Of a DNA stretch of 64,000 nt, positions 12,503 through 22,768 are shown one piece after another. The stretch is taken from positions 20,757 through 84,756 of the forward strand of contig JBGCFM010000104.1 in NCBI GenBank assembly GCA_045106895.1. The letters run 5' to 3'. Both the position numbers and the translations under genes were made by a program. Below the pieces are notes generated by a model that saw only the letters and a program-made list of their open reading frames with translations, made no database searches and was not told where the DNA came from. Origin of the DNA: Polyangiales bacterium. Lineage in GTDB: Bacteria; Myxococcota_A; Polyangia; Polyangiales; Houyiibacteriaceae. The stretch's first letter is position 1. Every line of letters starts with the position of its first letter.

Positions 12503-13825
12503 ATGCGCCAGAACCTCGCCCTCGCCTTTGTCGTCGCCCTCGGGCTCCTCGGCTCCAGCCCCGCCCAGGCGGAGAGCGGCAAGCTGAACCTGCACCTGGA
12601 CCTCGGCATCGGTACGCCCATCGCAGGGCCTCTTCGCGTCAACGACACGGACTTCTCCCTCGGCGGTTTTGGCTGGCTATCTGCCGACTATCAGCCGTTT
12701 TCGCCCTTCTCCGTCGAGCTCATCGCGGGCTTCGGCTACATCGGAGACGCCTACCAAGCCGGAGATAGCAGCACCCTCTACGGCACCCTCGCCGCCGGCG
12801 TTCGCCTCCGCTTCATGGACAATCGTGTCGGATACATGAACGAGGAAGGCGGCGACGCGCTGGGCAACTTCTGGGTCTCGGTCCACGCGGGATACCACCA
12901 CCTCGACGGAAGCCAGTTCGGCCTCGACGGCGCCCTTGGCTACGAGTTCTCCGTCGCAAGCCCGCTTCAGCTCGGCGTCTTTCTGCGCAGCGCCCTCACC
13001 TTCGCTGGCAACATCGACGGCGTCGATTCGATCTTAGTGCTCGGCGTCAACGGCTCCATCGAGCTCCTCGGGCGCACCGCAGAGCTCGACAGTGACGGCG
13101 ATGGTCTCTCGAACGAGCGCGAGATCAACGAGCACGGCACGGACCCGAACCGCGCGGACACGGACGCCGATGGCCTCCCCGACGGCATCGAGGTGAACCA
13201 CGAAACGAACGCGACGAACCCAGATACGGACGGCGACGGGCTTGTCGACGGGCGCGAGGACGCGAACGCCAACGGCAGCGTCGATGACGGAGAAACTGAC
13301 CCCCGCACCGAGGACACCGACGGCGGAGGCGTGAGCGATGGCTACGAAGTTCAGAACGGCACGAACGCCCTCTCGCGAGCGGACGATGACCAGGACCTCG
13401 ACACCGTCCTCAACGACCGTGATCAATGTCCTGGCACCGCCGAAGGCACAGAGGTCGACGAGCGTGGCTGCGCCGTCATCCGTGCGCAGATGGTCCTTCC
13501 AGGCATCACCTTTGCCCTCAACAGCGCCGAGATTCTTCCGGCCTCTGAGCGAACGCTGAACATCGCGCGACAGATCCTCAGCGACAACCCCGACGCCCGC
13601 GTCGAGGTAGGCGGCCATACGGACAACACGGGCGCACGACAGCACAACATGCAGCTCTCCCGCGCCCGCGCGGACTCCGTCAAAGCCTGGCTCAGCGGAC
13701 ATGGCATCGAGGCGAGCCGCATGACGACGCGAGGCTACGGTCCCACACAGCCCGCGGCGACGAACGAGACCGAAGAAGGTCGCGCACAGAACCGGCGCAT
13801 CGAGTTCAGTCGCATCGACGAGTAG
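12503..13825 (+). CDS. OmpA family outer-membrane protein (beta-barrel, Ca-binding DxDGDG repeats, OmpA C-terminal domain)
   Basis: Signal peptide; DSDGDGL/DTDGDGL repeats; VGGHTDNTG...[12 protein letters not shown]...[10 protein letters not shown]. Confidence 0.9.
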   Translation: MRQNLALAFVVALGLLGSSPAQAESGKLNLHLDLGIGTPIAGPLRVNDTDFSLGGFGWLSADYQPFSPFSVELIAGFGYIGDAYQAGDSSTLYGTLAAGVRLRFMDNRVGYMNEEGGDALGNFWVSVHAGYHHLDGSQFGLDGALGYEFSVASPLQLGVFLRSALTFAGNIDGVDSILVLGVNGSIELLGRTAELDSDGDGLSNEREINEHGTDPNRADTDADGLPDGIEVNHETNATNPDTDGDGLVDGREDANANGSVDDGETDPRTEDTDGGGVSDGYEVQNGTNALSRADDDQDLDTVLNDRDQCPGTAEGTEVDERGCAVIRAQMVLPGITFALNSAEILPASERTLNIARQILSDNPDARVEVGGHTDNTGARQHNMQLSRARADSVKAWLSGHGIEASRMTTRGYGPTQPAATNETEEGRAQNRRIEFSRIDE

Positions 13826-13861
13826 TCTTTCGAACGCCGAGACGTGTAACATAGTCCGCCC

Positions 13862-14671
13862 ATGGGTTTTCGAGACGACGATCTGGCGACGCGCTCACGC
13901 GTCGAAGTCCTTGAGCGAGAGGTCCGTGAGCTACAGGAGCAGAACGCGCAGCTTCAAGCGCGTCCAAGGGCGAGCGCGTCCGGCAATAGCCCTCGGCGCT
14001 CACGCCTGCTCGTGGCCATCGTCGCCCTCGTTTCCCTCGCGCTGCTAGCGATGGTCGCCGCCGCATTGGTGGGAGACTTTATGTTCAGCGTCGCGATGTC
14101 ACTCTTCGCGGTGCTCTTTCTGTGCATCACTGGGCCTCTCTTTCTCCTACGCAACAACCTGCTCTTTGTACCCGCGCAGCATGTACTCGTGCTCAGCGGT
14201 CGTCAGCGGCCAACCCCCGAGGGACGCCAGGTTGGCTATCGCATCGTCACCAGTGGTTCTGCGTTTCGGCTACCCGTTCTCGAGAGGGCCGATTTGCTCG
14301 CCACTGGCCCCTTCGCGTTGGAAGCGCACGTCGCCGGCGTCTATCTCAGAGGAAACCAACCCGCGGAACTCCACGTGCGCGCGAGCGTGCGTATTCCAAC
14401 GAAAGAGCCGGGCGTTCACAATGCCGTCGAGCGCTTCGTCGGAAGAGCGGACGAAGAGATCGAGCGGGTGGCGAAGGAAACCCTCGAAGGCACCATGCGC
14501 GAAGTGATCGCCAGGATGAGCGTCGAGGAACTTCGCCGGGAGCCTGCGCGCATCTCGGAGACCGTGCGCACGAAGAGCCAGTCAGACTTCGAACGCTTGG
14601 GGCTTCATGTCGATACTTTGGAGATCCTACGGGTCAGAGCGGCGAGAGCTGAGCCGCACGACGTCGCTTAG
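13862..14671 (+). CDS. SPFH/flotillin-like domain membrane protein
   Basis: Two TM helices followed by VLVLSGR...GYRIV...FRLPVLER...NAVERFVG...KETLEGTMREVIARMSVEE. Confidence 0.8.
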   Translation: MGFRDDDLATRSRVEVLEREVRELQEQNAQLQARPRASASGNSPRRSRLLVAIVALVSLALLAMVAAALVGDFMFSVAMSLFAVLFLCITGPLFLLRNNLLFVPAQHVLVLSGRQRPTPEGRQVGYRIVTSGSAFRLPVLERADLLATGPFALEAHVAGVYLRGNQPAELHVRASVRIPTKEPGVHNAVERFVGRADEEIERVAKETLEGTMREVIARMSVEELRREPARISETVRTKSQSDFERLGLHVDTLEILRVRAARAEPHDVA

Positions 14672-15021
14672 GAGCCACCGCCGGACACCGGCTGGCAGGC
14701 ATGTGTGGGAGTGCATGGAGTCTCGCAGCGCGGGCCCCAGAGGTAGTGGTCTCCTTGAGCACACACAGCGACCAGCGTGCCGGGTTCCGGACCCACCGGA
14801 CCACCGCCCACGGTCACATGCTCACCGGTGCTGCGAATCCTGACGACCCAAGCCGACGAGGCTCGAGGTCGTCCGTAGCGTAGTACAACGGATTCGAAGA
14901 CCGCGACTTGGGCGGGCTCTACGGGTGCAGGTGCAGCGCCTGCGTTCGTCGCCGAGCGAAGGGCCATCACGGCCCCGGCAGAGATCAGGAGAAGAACGAC
15001 GATGTGGAAGAGCTTCCGCAT
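14668..15021 (-). CDS. Hypothetical secreted protein
   Basis: N-terminal hydrophobic signal; Cys cluster at the C-terminus. Confidence 0.5.
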   Translation of the reverse strand: MRKLFHIVVLLLISAGAVMALRSATNAGAAPAPVEPAQVAVFESVVLRYGRPRASSAWVVRIRSTGEHVTVGGGPVGPEPGTLVAVCAQGDHYLWGPRCETPCTPTHACQPVSGGGS

Positions 15022-15072
15022 CCAGCCACAGTGCGTCGAGTGGGGCCAGGCACAACTGGGATCCGATGAGGG

Positions 15073-15699
15073 TCAGTCCCGCTCGTGCGCTTGAGTGGAG
15101 CCCTCGTGCGTGTAGGTGCGAGCCTCCCCCTCCGCGTCGATGAGGGTGTAGCGGATTGGAACGAACGCGTTGTCGACGGGTCCAAGCTCGACGTGCACAA
15201 GCGTCGCGCCAGCCACAAGACGAGCCTGCAACTCCGAGTGCGCCCGAAGGTGTTCGAGCTTCCACGGCTCCGTTGTCGGTTCGATACGCCAGCCGCAAAG
15301 CGCCGTCACCGAGTGATAGCGCTCGTAGGTAGCGGCCAGAAAGAGCTCCCCCTCGGCGTGTCGCACGGCGGCGATGCCACCGCGTGGCCAAATGGCAATA
15401 TCTCCAAGCTGAACATCGCTCCAACCGGAACTCGCGGCGTGATGGAGGATCCTCATGCGGATCTGGTCGCGCCACCGCAGCAACGCGGCCTGCTCGCTTG
15501 GCTCTCGATGGTCCGGCGGCTGCGCGCACTCCACGCCTTCCTCGGCGCCAGAGCGCGACGACGCCAGCTCCGCTACGGTGACCGTCGTCCACCGGGCGTC
15601 TGGGCCCAAATGCGCTGACGTACAGGCGCCCATAAGAAGCGTCACGAGCGCGAGGGCGGAGCGTGTTGGGGTCTCAAAACGGGGCTGGGCTTTTGTCAT
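15073..15699 (-). CDS. Putative lipoprotein
   Basis: LALVTLLMGAC lipobox. Confidence 0.55.
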   Translation of the reverse strand: MTKAQPRFETPTRSALALVTLLMGACTSAHLGPDARWTTVTVAELASSRSGAEEGVECAQPPDHREPSEQAALLRWRDQIRMRILHHAASSGWSDVQLGDIAIWPRGGIAAVRHAEGELFLAATYERYHSVTALCGWRIEPTTEPWKLEHLRAHSELQARLVAGATLVHVELGPVDNAFVPIRYTLIDAEGEARTYTHEGSTQAHERD

Positions 15700-15783
15700 G
15701 GAGGGTCCTTCCCCCCATGAACGCAACCCGCATTCGATCGGCGCACGAATTCTGTCCGCGCGCGTCAGTTCGTCGCGGGATAC

Positions 15784-16419
15784 CTAGCGAGAGACGGTGA
15801 GCGTGTAGGGCTCGCAGTTCGCAGGCCCTCCTCGACGCCCCACGCGTACAGCGAGGGTCTCGGGCCATACGACGTCACGCGTCGTGAAGGTGTCGGAGCC
15901 ATCGCCGTCGGCTTCGCCGGGCATGGACTGGTCATCAACGAATGAGTAGCTCGTCGCTTCACGGGCGCTGCCTTCACCGCACGACACGGGGAGCGTCGCG
16001 TCACATCCGTCGCGAACCTCGATGACCATGGTCGAATCTCCGTCCAACATGATCGTTGGCGCGCCCATGCCCTGCATGTTCGGGCCACTCATCGGCGGGA
16101 ACGAGAAGAGAAACCAGTCGGCCCCGCTCAAGGTCGGCAAGAAGCCCTCAATGTTCAGCGTATCACCCGTCATCATCGTCAGCGACTCTGCAAGGTTGCA
16201 CTCATCGGGGTAGGTGTCGTCGGTGCAGACGCTGCCTGCGTCGGTGCCGCCGCCGCCGCCAGTGTCCTCTTCGACTTGGCCGTCCATCCCAGGCGCGTCT
16301 TGAGAGATCTGCACGTCGCGAGGGCCGGCGTCATTTCGGCCGGTGTTCCCCATGTTGTTCGTGCCACTGGCGCAAGCCAGCAGCAATGAAAGAGCCATCA
16401 GTCCGATCCGTCGACGCAC
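15784..16419 (-). CDS. Putative lipoprotein with small beta-sandwich (PPC-like) domain
   Basis: (M)RRRIGLMALSLLLAC lipobox, DAG linker, ADWFLFSF...YTLTVSR. Confidence 0.6.
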   Translation of the reverse strand: MRRRIGLMALSLLLACASGTNNMGNTGRNDAGPRDVQISQDAPGMDGQVEEDTGGGGGTDAGSVCTDDTYPDECNLAESLTMMTGDTLNIEGFLPTLSGADWFLFSFPPMSGPNMQGMGAPTIMLDGDSTMVIEVRDGCDATLPVSCGEGSAREATSYSFVDDQSMPGEADGDGSDTFTTRDVVWPETLAVRVGRRGGPANCEPYTLTVSR

Positions 16420-16582
16420 GAGGGCAAGAGTAACACGCTGCGGCGATGATCCACGGAATCCGCGCAGATTGCCGCTCTGTCGGGCAAGAAGTGCGAGATC
16501 CACGGTATTTCTCGCCTCTCAAGGGCTTCCGGCGCAGAAGACGTGCGCATTTTGAGATGTGCTCTAGAGAAGGCGCCGAAGC

Positions 16583-17416
16583 ATGAAGGTACTCATTGCA
16601 GGTTGCGGGTATGTCGGGAGCTCCCTGGCGACGATGTTGGTGCGGGGCGGAGACGAGGTCACAACGCTTCGCCGCTCCGAAAAACGCACGCCAGGCGCCA
16701 AGCTTGTGCGGGCGGACCTCGCCGAACTAACGGCACTTCGCGCAGCGCTCGCCGGACTCCGCTTCGACGCCGTTGTCTACTCGGCGAGCCCCGGCGGACG
16801 AAGCGATGAGGCCTACCGGCGCGCGTACGTGGATGGCCTCCGAAATATCCTCGCGACCAACGCGACGCCCAAGATCATCCTCGTCGGCTCTTCCGGCGTG
16901 CAGGAACGAGGCGGCGGCGCATGGGTCGACGAGACGACGCCCATCACGCCCAACGGGTTCGTGGCTCAGCGCCTCCTCGAGGCCGAGGCGCTTGTCCGTC
17001 GGCGCGGCGGCACCACTCTCCGCCTCGCTGGTATCTACGGCCCTGGACGCGAACGGCTCATCGACAATGTCGCCACCGGCAGCGCCAAGATTCCTGAGAC
17101 GCCCATCTACACCAACCGTGTTCATCGCGACGACGCCGCCGGCATGCTCGCACACCTGCTTCGACATGAGTCTCGCCAGGACCTCTACTTTGGCTGTGAT
17201 CTCGAAGCCGCCCCCTACGCCGACGTGCTGCGCTTCATCGCCAGCGAGCTCAAAGTCGCGCCACCGGAGACCGGCGAGGCGACGCGGCGTTCGAACAAAC
17301 GCATTCGAAGCGCGCGCATCGTGCGGACCGGCTTTCGTCACCTCTACCCCACGTATCGCGAGGGGTATCGCGCGATCATTCAAGCCCGCAAGAGTGCGTC
17401 GACTACTCGGCCTTGA
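16583..17416 (+). CDS. NAD-dependent epimerase/dehydratase (atypical SDR, YeeZ-like)
   Basis: IAGCGYVG Rossmann motif; LRLAGIYGPGR; NRVHRDD; YPTYREG. Confidence 0.88.
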   Translation: MKVLIAGCGYVGSSLATMLVRGGDEVTTLRRSEKRTPGAKLVRADLAELTALRAALAGLRFDAVVYSASPGGRSDEAYRRAYVDGLRNILATNATPKIILVGSSGVQERGGGAWVDETTPITPNGFVAQRLLEAEALVRRRGGTTLRLAGIYGPGRERLIDNVATGSAKIPETPIYTNRVHRDDAAGMLAHLLRHESRQDLYFGCDLEAAPYADVLRFIASELKVAPPETGEATRRSNKRIRSARIVRTGFRHLYPTYREGYRAIIQARKSASTTRP

Positions 17417-17499
17417 TCCTCCGCTTCCGATTTTCGACGAAGGACCACCTGGCACAGCCGAGAGGCCGCGAGCTCGCGGCGGAGGGCCGCGGCCGCGAA

Positions 17500-18969
17500 C
17501 TAGGAGCTGCTGGGTTTGGGTGGACCTCGACGTCGGCGGCGCCGGCGACGTGGCGCATCGCCGGTGCCCGCTTCCCTCGACTCGGGCCCGCCTGCTCGCG
17601 GCTCACTCCCCTGGGCGGGGCCTGAGCGTCGACGCTCGCCGCGGCCCTCGCGTCGACGCGGTTCCGACTCAGACTTCGACGACGAGCTTCCCTGAGCAGT
17701 ACGTGCAGCTTGGGTAGCGCCCTCGCTGCTCCTGCCCTCACCGTTCCCTCTTCGACGACGACGCCTGCGCCTCTTCGCTGGTGGGGCCCCGTCCGCGGAC
17801 TCCCCTGCCTCGGGACGCTTCCTTTCTTCGCCGTGCCTTCCATCAGCGCCCTTCTCGCTGCGCCTCCCCTCACCACGTCGCCCATCGCTACGTCGCTGGC
17901 CGCGCTTCGAATCGCCGCGCTTCGATTCGCCACGCTTCGAGCCACCACGCTTTCCGCTCTTCTTCTGAGAGCTTGGAGCCGCCGTCTCGACGACCTGCAT
18001 GCGCCGATAGCGCGGCGTGGTCGGCGCATCCTCGCTCTTGCTCGCCTCCGAAGCGCGCTTCTCTGGCGCGCTGTCTTTTGCCTTTCGCTCTTTGGACACT
18101 CGCCCTTCGCGCGGCGCTCCCCCCCGACGGCGACGCGGGGCCTCCCCTCGCCGAACCCGCTCGTCCTCGTCCGCCTCACCGATGAGTCCGAGCACGTCCG
18201 TGACATTTGTCTTCTTCGACGAGCGCCGGAAGTCGCCGGTGAGCTTCATGTCGACGGACAGATGGTTGTTTTCGAAGGCGGCCCAGATCTCTTGCCCATA
18301 GGGGCGCAGGCGCGTTCCCGGGACAACGCGCTCCAGGAAGTTACCGAGGTTGTCCACGTCCCGAAGGAGCAGCTTCTTGGCGTTGCGGTTCGCCGCGGCA
18401 TCCACCGCCTGAGGAAAATCGATGACCACCGGGCCCTCGGCGTCGACGAGGATATTGTAGTCCGAGAGGTCGCCGTGAATCACGCCGGCGCAGAGCATCC
18501 GCACGACCTCCTTGAGGAGCTGCTGGTAGTACGCGTTCGCCGTCTCGCGGTCGAGACTCACCTCCGCCAAGCGCGGCGCGACGTCGCCGTCCGCGTCCGT
18601 CACGAGCTCCATGATGAGCACGCCGTCGATGAAGTTGTACGGCGTCGGCACGCGAACGCCGGCGGCGTGCAGCCGGTGAATGATGTCCACCTCCGCGGAC
18701 TTCCAAGCGTCCTCTTCTTGCTTCTTGCCGTGACGCGTACGGCGGTCGATGGCGCGCTGGTCCCGCGTGTTGCGGACCTTTCGCCCCTCCGTGTACATCG
18801 AGCGCTGCTTGAATGAGCGGTGCATCGACTTGTACACCTTGGCGACGCGCAGCTCTCCCTCGCTCTCGACGAGAAAGACCTCGGCCTCTTTGCCACTCTT
18901 GAGCGGACGCACGACGCGATCGATGACGCCTTGGTCTTGGAGAGCGACCAATACTCCCGGGACTTGCAT
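17500..18969 (-). CDS. RIO1-family protein kinase with long basic disordered C-terminal tail
   Basis: LKSGKEAEVF, AKVYK, IHGDLSDYNIL, IDFPQAV; ~200-aa R/K/G/S/E-rich tail. Confidence 0.88.
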   Translation of the reverse strand: MQVPGVLVALQDQGVIDRVVRPLKSGKEAEVFLVESEGELRVAKVYKSMHRSFKQRSMYTEGRKVRNTRDQRAIDRRTRHGKKQEEDAWKSAEVDIIHRLHAAGVRVPTPYNFIDGVLIMELVTDADGDVAPRLAEVSLDRETANAYYQQLLKEVVRMLCAGVIHGDLSDYNILVDAEGPVVIDFPQAVDAAANRNAKKLLLRDVDNLGNFLERVVPGTRLRPYGQEIWAAFENNHLSVDMKLTGDFRRSSKKTNVTDVLGLIGEADEDERVRRGEAPRRRRGGAPREGRVSKERKAKDSAPEKRASEASKSEDAPTTPRYRRMQVVETAAPSSQKKSGKRGGSKRGESKRGDSKRGQRRSDGRRGEGRRSEKGADGRHGEERKRPEAGESADGAPPAKRRRRRRRRGNGEGRSSEGATQAARTAQGSSSSKSESEPRRREGRGERRRSGPAQGSEPRAGGPESREAGTGDAPRRRRRRRRGPPKPSSS

Positions 18970-19235
18970 TCGTATCTCTTTCGTAGGGCGGCGGTGGACC
19001 GAGAGGTGCGGACAGCCCCGATTGGTTAGCATAGTCGTCGGGACTGGCGAGGTCTCCGCGTTTGAGAAGGAAAGCCAGTGAAGAGCGGCGTGTCCTTCTG
19101 TGCGCCGGCGTACACACTACGGCGCGTACGCGTCAACGTTGACACTTTTGGCACAAAAATAAGACACAACTGCATTTCCTCGTTGTATCCGCGCAGAGAG
19201 AGCCAGTCGCGACGCCCGGCGAACTATAACGACGC

Positions 19236-19997
19236 ATGACCGCCTCGCGAAAACAACAGATCTGCACGCTCCTCAAAGGCATCGAGACGGGAGACGCGGT
19301 GGCCGCGAGCGTCGTCGATGAAGCCAAGTACGTTCAGCACAATCCGCACACGCACGAAGGCAGCGAAGGCTTGGCAGCGCTCTTTGCGCGCCTCGCGAAG
19401 ACCAACCCACGCGTGAACATCGTTCGTATCTTCGCCGACGGGGATTTTGTCTTTGGCCACACGGAGTACGACTTCTCTTCGCGCCGCATCGGCTTCGAGG
19501 TGTTCCGCTTCGAGGGCGAGCGAGCCGTAGAACACTGGGACAATATCGCTTCGAGGCGTGGCCCCAACGCGTCGGGACACAGCATGGTCGATGGCGTCGT
19601 CGAAGCCACAGACCTGGACCGTACCGAGGCGAACCGCGCGCGCGTGAAGGAGTTTCTCGAGGAAGTGCTCATCCGCCGACGCCTCGAGCGGCTGAGTGAC
19701 TACGCGAGCGACGACTTCGTCGAGCACAACCCAGAACTGAGCGACGGCACAGGTGCGCTTCGAGCGCATCTCGAACGCGTCGGCGAAAGTGGGTCGTTTG
19801 TGGTCTACGAGCGCACGCATCGGATCCTCGCCGAAGGGTCTTTTGTCCTGTCCGTGAGCGAAGGCTTCCGCGATGGCGTACACATGTCCTTCTACGACCT
19901 CTTCCGCCTCGACGGCGGAGTCATCGTTGAGCACTGGGACACCATCGACCCCGTACCTCCACGCTCCGAGTGGAAGAACGACAACGGCAAGTTCTAG
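19236..19997 (+). CDS. Tandem SnoaL/NTF2-like domain protein
   Basis: Two repeats of YVQHNP/FVEHNP ... FRF/FRL ... VEHWD. Confidence 0.85.
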   Translation: MTASRKQQICTLLKGIETGDAVAASVVDEAKYVQHNPHTHEGSEGLAALFARLAKTNPRVNIVRIFADGDFVFGHTEYDFSSRRIGFEVFRFEGERAVEHWDNIASRRGPNASGHSMVDGVVEATDLDRTEANRARVKEFLEEVLIRRRLERLSDYASDDFVEHNPELSDGTGALRAHLERVGESGSFVVYERTHRILAEGSFVLSVSEGFRDGVHMSFYDLFRLDGGVIVEHWDTIDPVPPRSEWKNDNGKF

Positions 19998-21646
19998 TCC
20001 GGGGCCGCGCCCTGGTCGCGCCGCCCGACGGTGAGCGCAACGCTCCGGTCCGCAGAATCTGCCTCCGTGTCACCCCGCGACGCGTCTAGCTCTGCCTGAT
20101 GCTCGTGCCACCATTGCTCTGAGTCCGACGCGCCCCAGCGCGGCAGGTGGCAGCCTTCGATGAGAGCGCGCAGCTCGCCTGCGTGCTGCGGACGGTCCGC
20201 GGGGTCTTTGTTTAGGCACTCCAGAACGAGCTGCTCAAGCTTCGCTGGGACCGTGACACCTCGCGCAGATATCGCGACGGGTTCTTTGTGCAGGTGCTGG
20301 CTGCACACCTCCACAACAGACTTGCCATCGAAAACCGGCGCTCCGCAGAGCAAGTAATAGGCGACGGCCCCGAGGGCATAGATGTCCGTTCGTTCGTCGA
20401 CGGTGTCCGGGTCAAGAATCGACTCCGGCGCGATGTACTGCGGCGTCCCCGTAAGCGTGTTCGTTCCCGTGAGCTTCGTATTGCGGTCGAGCTCTTTGAC
20501 CAGACCGAAGTCCAGCACTTTGGCGACATCGAGTTCGCCGCCTTGGCGACAGAGCATGATGTTGGCCGGTTTGATGTCCCGGTGGATCAAGCCGATCGCA
20601 TGGGCCTCGGCCAAGGCACCACAAGCCATGGTCAGGATGCGCGCAACGCGAGCTGGGGGTTGAGGCCCATCGACCTCGACCACTTCCCGAAGCGTCGCGC
20701 CCTCGAGGAGCTCCATCGCGTAGTAGAAGACGTCGTCGACGGTGCGACCGTAGTCAAAGATGGTGATGGTGTTGGGGTGGGTCAGGCGCGCCGTCAGCTG
20801 AACTTCCCGCTCGAAGCGTGCGAGGTCCGTTTCTCCGGTATGGTCCGCGCGTAGAAGCTTGATCGCCGTGGGACGTCGCATCATTCCATGACGCGCGCGG
20901 TACACCTCGCCCATGCCGCCTTCGCCGAGCTTCTCCTCCAACGTGTATTGGCCCAAGCGCCGCGCCTCTCGTACCTCGGCGCGGAGACCGTAGATGACGC
21001 GCGAGATCGTTGCGCAGGTAACAACCGTAAACGCCCACATCGTCGCGTGGGCGGCCCAGAGCACATCGAGTGACTCGGGTGTGCGCCAGGTGATCCAGCC
21101 GTCGGCGGTAGGCACGAAGAGAGCAGGAACCAACACGACGGGGGCGCCGAGGAGCGTCGTGAGGAGCACCGTCCGCCGCGGCGATGATGGGATGAGGGCT
21201 GCGCGAATCGCCACCAGCATCGTGGTTCCGGCGATGAGCATCATCGAGACAAAACCATCGGCCATCGCCGCTCCGTCGGCGGTGACGATGGACTCTCCGT
21301 TCACGAACGAGGCGAGCATCAACCGTCCGCTGGCGCCCCCGAGGACCATCATGATCACGAGCCCACTGGTCTCCATGAACCGGCTAAGGCGGACAGAGTG
21401 CCGGCCACGGGCGCAGAACTGCCAGTAGAGCAGCGACTGAAGTGCTGAGAGCAGGTTAAGGATCTGGTCGACGCCAGGCGTGGCGAGCACACCGGCCAGC
21501 CCGAAGGGGACGCTGAGGAGCGTGAGGAAGAAGAGCACCTTCCAAAACAACGCCACGCGCGCTTGTAGAAAAGCGCGCGCGTGCTCGCTATCGCCTACCG
21601 GCGATGTACTCGGGCTTGATGCTGGGGCGCGATCTAGCTTGTCCAT
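19994..21646 (-). CDS. Membrane-anchored Ser/Thr protein kinase (Hanks type)
   Basis: N-terminal multi-TM region; GEGGMGEVY, HRDIKPAN, DFG, GTPQYIAPE. Confidence 0.93.
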   Translation of the reverse strand: MDKLDRAPASSPSTSPVGDSEHARAFLQARVALFWKVLFFLTLLSVPFGLAGVLATPGVDQILNLLSALQSLLYWQFCARGRHSVRLSRFMETSGLVIMMVLGGASGRLMLASFVNGESIVTADGAAMADGFVSMMLIAGTTMLVAIRAALIPSSPRRTVLLTTLLGAPVVLVPALFVPTADGWITWRTPESLDVLWAAHATMWAFTVVTCATISRVIYGLRAEVREARRLGQYTLEEKLGEGGMGEVYRARHGMMRRPTAIKLLRADHTGETDLARFEREVQLTARLTHPNTITIFDYGRTVDDVFYYAMELLEGATLREVVEVDGPQPPARVARILTMACGALAEAHAIGLIHRDIKPANIMLCRQGGELDVAKVLDFGLVKELDRNTKLTGTNTLTGTPQYIAPESILDPDTVDERTDIYALGAVAYYLLCGAPVFDGKSVVEVCSQHLHKEPVAISARGVTVPAKLEQLVLECLNKDPADRPQHAGELRALIEGCHLPRWGASDSEQWWHEHQAELDASRGDTEADSADRSVALTVGRRDQGAAPD

Positions 21647-21769
21647 GTGCTCAATCCGTCGCTCGCATCATCGGCTCGTTCATGACGCCTCGGGTACGGA
21701 AGGCGATACACGAGATTAAGCCGAGCGCCACTGCCCAGCCCAGCAACGAATCGAATGTCGACGTGAGGC

Positions 21770-22669
21770 TCATGCGCCGTGTTCGACGAGAAAATCCCAG
21801 ACGGCCCGCACGCGAGGCACGTTTCGAACGGCACGGTGAGTCACGAGAAAGAGGTCATCCTTCGGCCACTCTCTCATCGAGCGTCGTAGTTTTGCCCCGA
21901 CCTTTACCGGGGCCAACCCGTAGTGCGCGAGGCTTTTCGATGGGATCAGCGCGACGCCAAGTCCGCTGCACACGACGGCGATCTGAAGCCTCAAGCTGTC
22001 GGAACGAACGACGGGGTCTGTTGGCGCGTGCGCACGGACCCATCGGGCAGCGGGGATATGCGCGAAGCGTTCGCCAAACGTCACCCAGGGCACGTTTTTC
22101 CAAGAGCGTAGCGTCCCGAGCTCTTTGGCGAGCGCTGGCGTTGCGGCGAGAGCCCAGTCCACGGGCGCCAGGGTTCGCATCACCAGGTCGCCGGACATCG
22201 GCCGAACGACGCGTAGCGCGATGTCCGTCAGACGACGTGCCACGTCTACGACTTCTTCGCCGGACTGAAGGTCGATCTGCAGCCCGGGATAACGCGCGAG
22301 GAGCGCCGGAAGATGCGGCGCGATGAGAACCTCCGCGGCGTCCGGCGGGCACGCGACACGCACCACGCCGGTGACATCACGCTCCAAAGCTTCCGCCGCG
22401 CCGGCGAAGCGAGACATCGCGTGCTCGATCTCTTCCGCCACGGGCAAGAGCGCGTCCGCCGCCGGCGTCGCCGCGATACCGCTTCTTCCGCGCTCGAAGA
22501 GTGAAGCGGCGACGGTCTCCTCCAGGGCAGCAAGGCGCCGGGACACCGTCGACTGATCCACGCCGAGAGAGCGTCCCGCTTCGCCCAACGTCCGAGCACG
22601 ACAGAGCGCGAGGAACAGGCGTACATCGTCCCAGTGTAAATCGGAGGCGGCGAGCTCTCTTCTATGCAT
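21770..22669 (-). CDS. LysR family transcriptional regulator
   Basis: WDDVRLFLAL...LGVDQSTVSRRLAALE HTH; divergent from the NmrA gene. Confidence 0.92.
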   Translation of the reverse strand: MHRRELAASDLHWDDVRLFLALCRARTLGEAGRSLGVDQSTVSRRLAALEETVAASLFERGRSGIAATPAADALLPVAEEIEHAMSRFAGAAEALERDVTGVVRVACPPDAAEVLIAPHLPALLARYPGLQIDLQSGEEVVDVARRLTDIALRVVRPMSGDLVMRTLAPVDWALAATPALAKELGTLRSWKNVPWVTFGERFAHIPAARWVRAHAPTDPVVRSDSLRLQIAVVCSGLGVALIPSKSLAHYGLAPVKVGAKLRRSMREWPKDDLFLVTHRAVRNVPRVRAVWDFLVEHGA

Positions 22670-22768
22670 GAACGCAACGATTCTATGAAATCATGTCTAT
22701 TTCAAGGCATGCGCTCATAGATCATCTTCGTTCTTCAACAGCCCACAAGGCCCAAAAGGAGAATCGAA
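22670..22768. promoter_or_regulatory. Divergent LysR-controlled promoter region
   Basis: 99-bp AT-richer spacer between lysR and its divergent operon; AAGGAG RBS before 22769; operator not pinned down. Confidence 0.4.

Noticed and set aside
12503..13825. traB (outer-membrane exchange) call for the OmpA protein
   Set aside because: Similar barrel-repeat-OmpA layout, but no adjacent traA, and such proteins are common paralogs.
19132..19165. GTCAACGTTGAC palindrome and TGGCAC sigma-54-like element
   Set aside because: The -12 TTGC element is absent (TAAG instead); a single 12-bp palindrome is not enough support.
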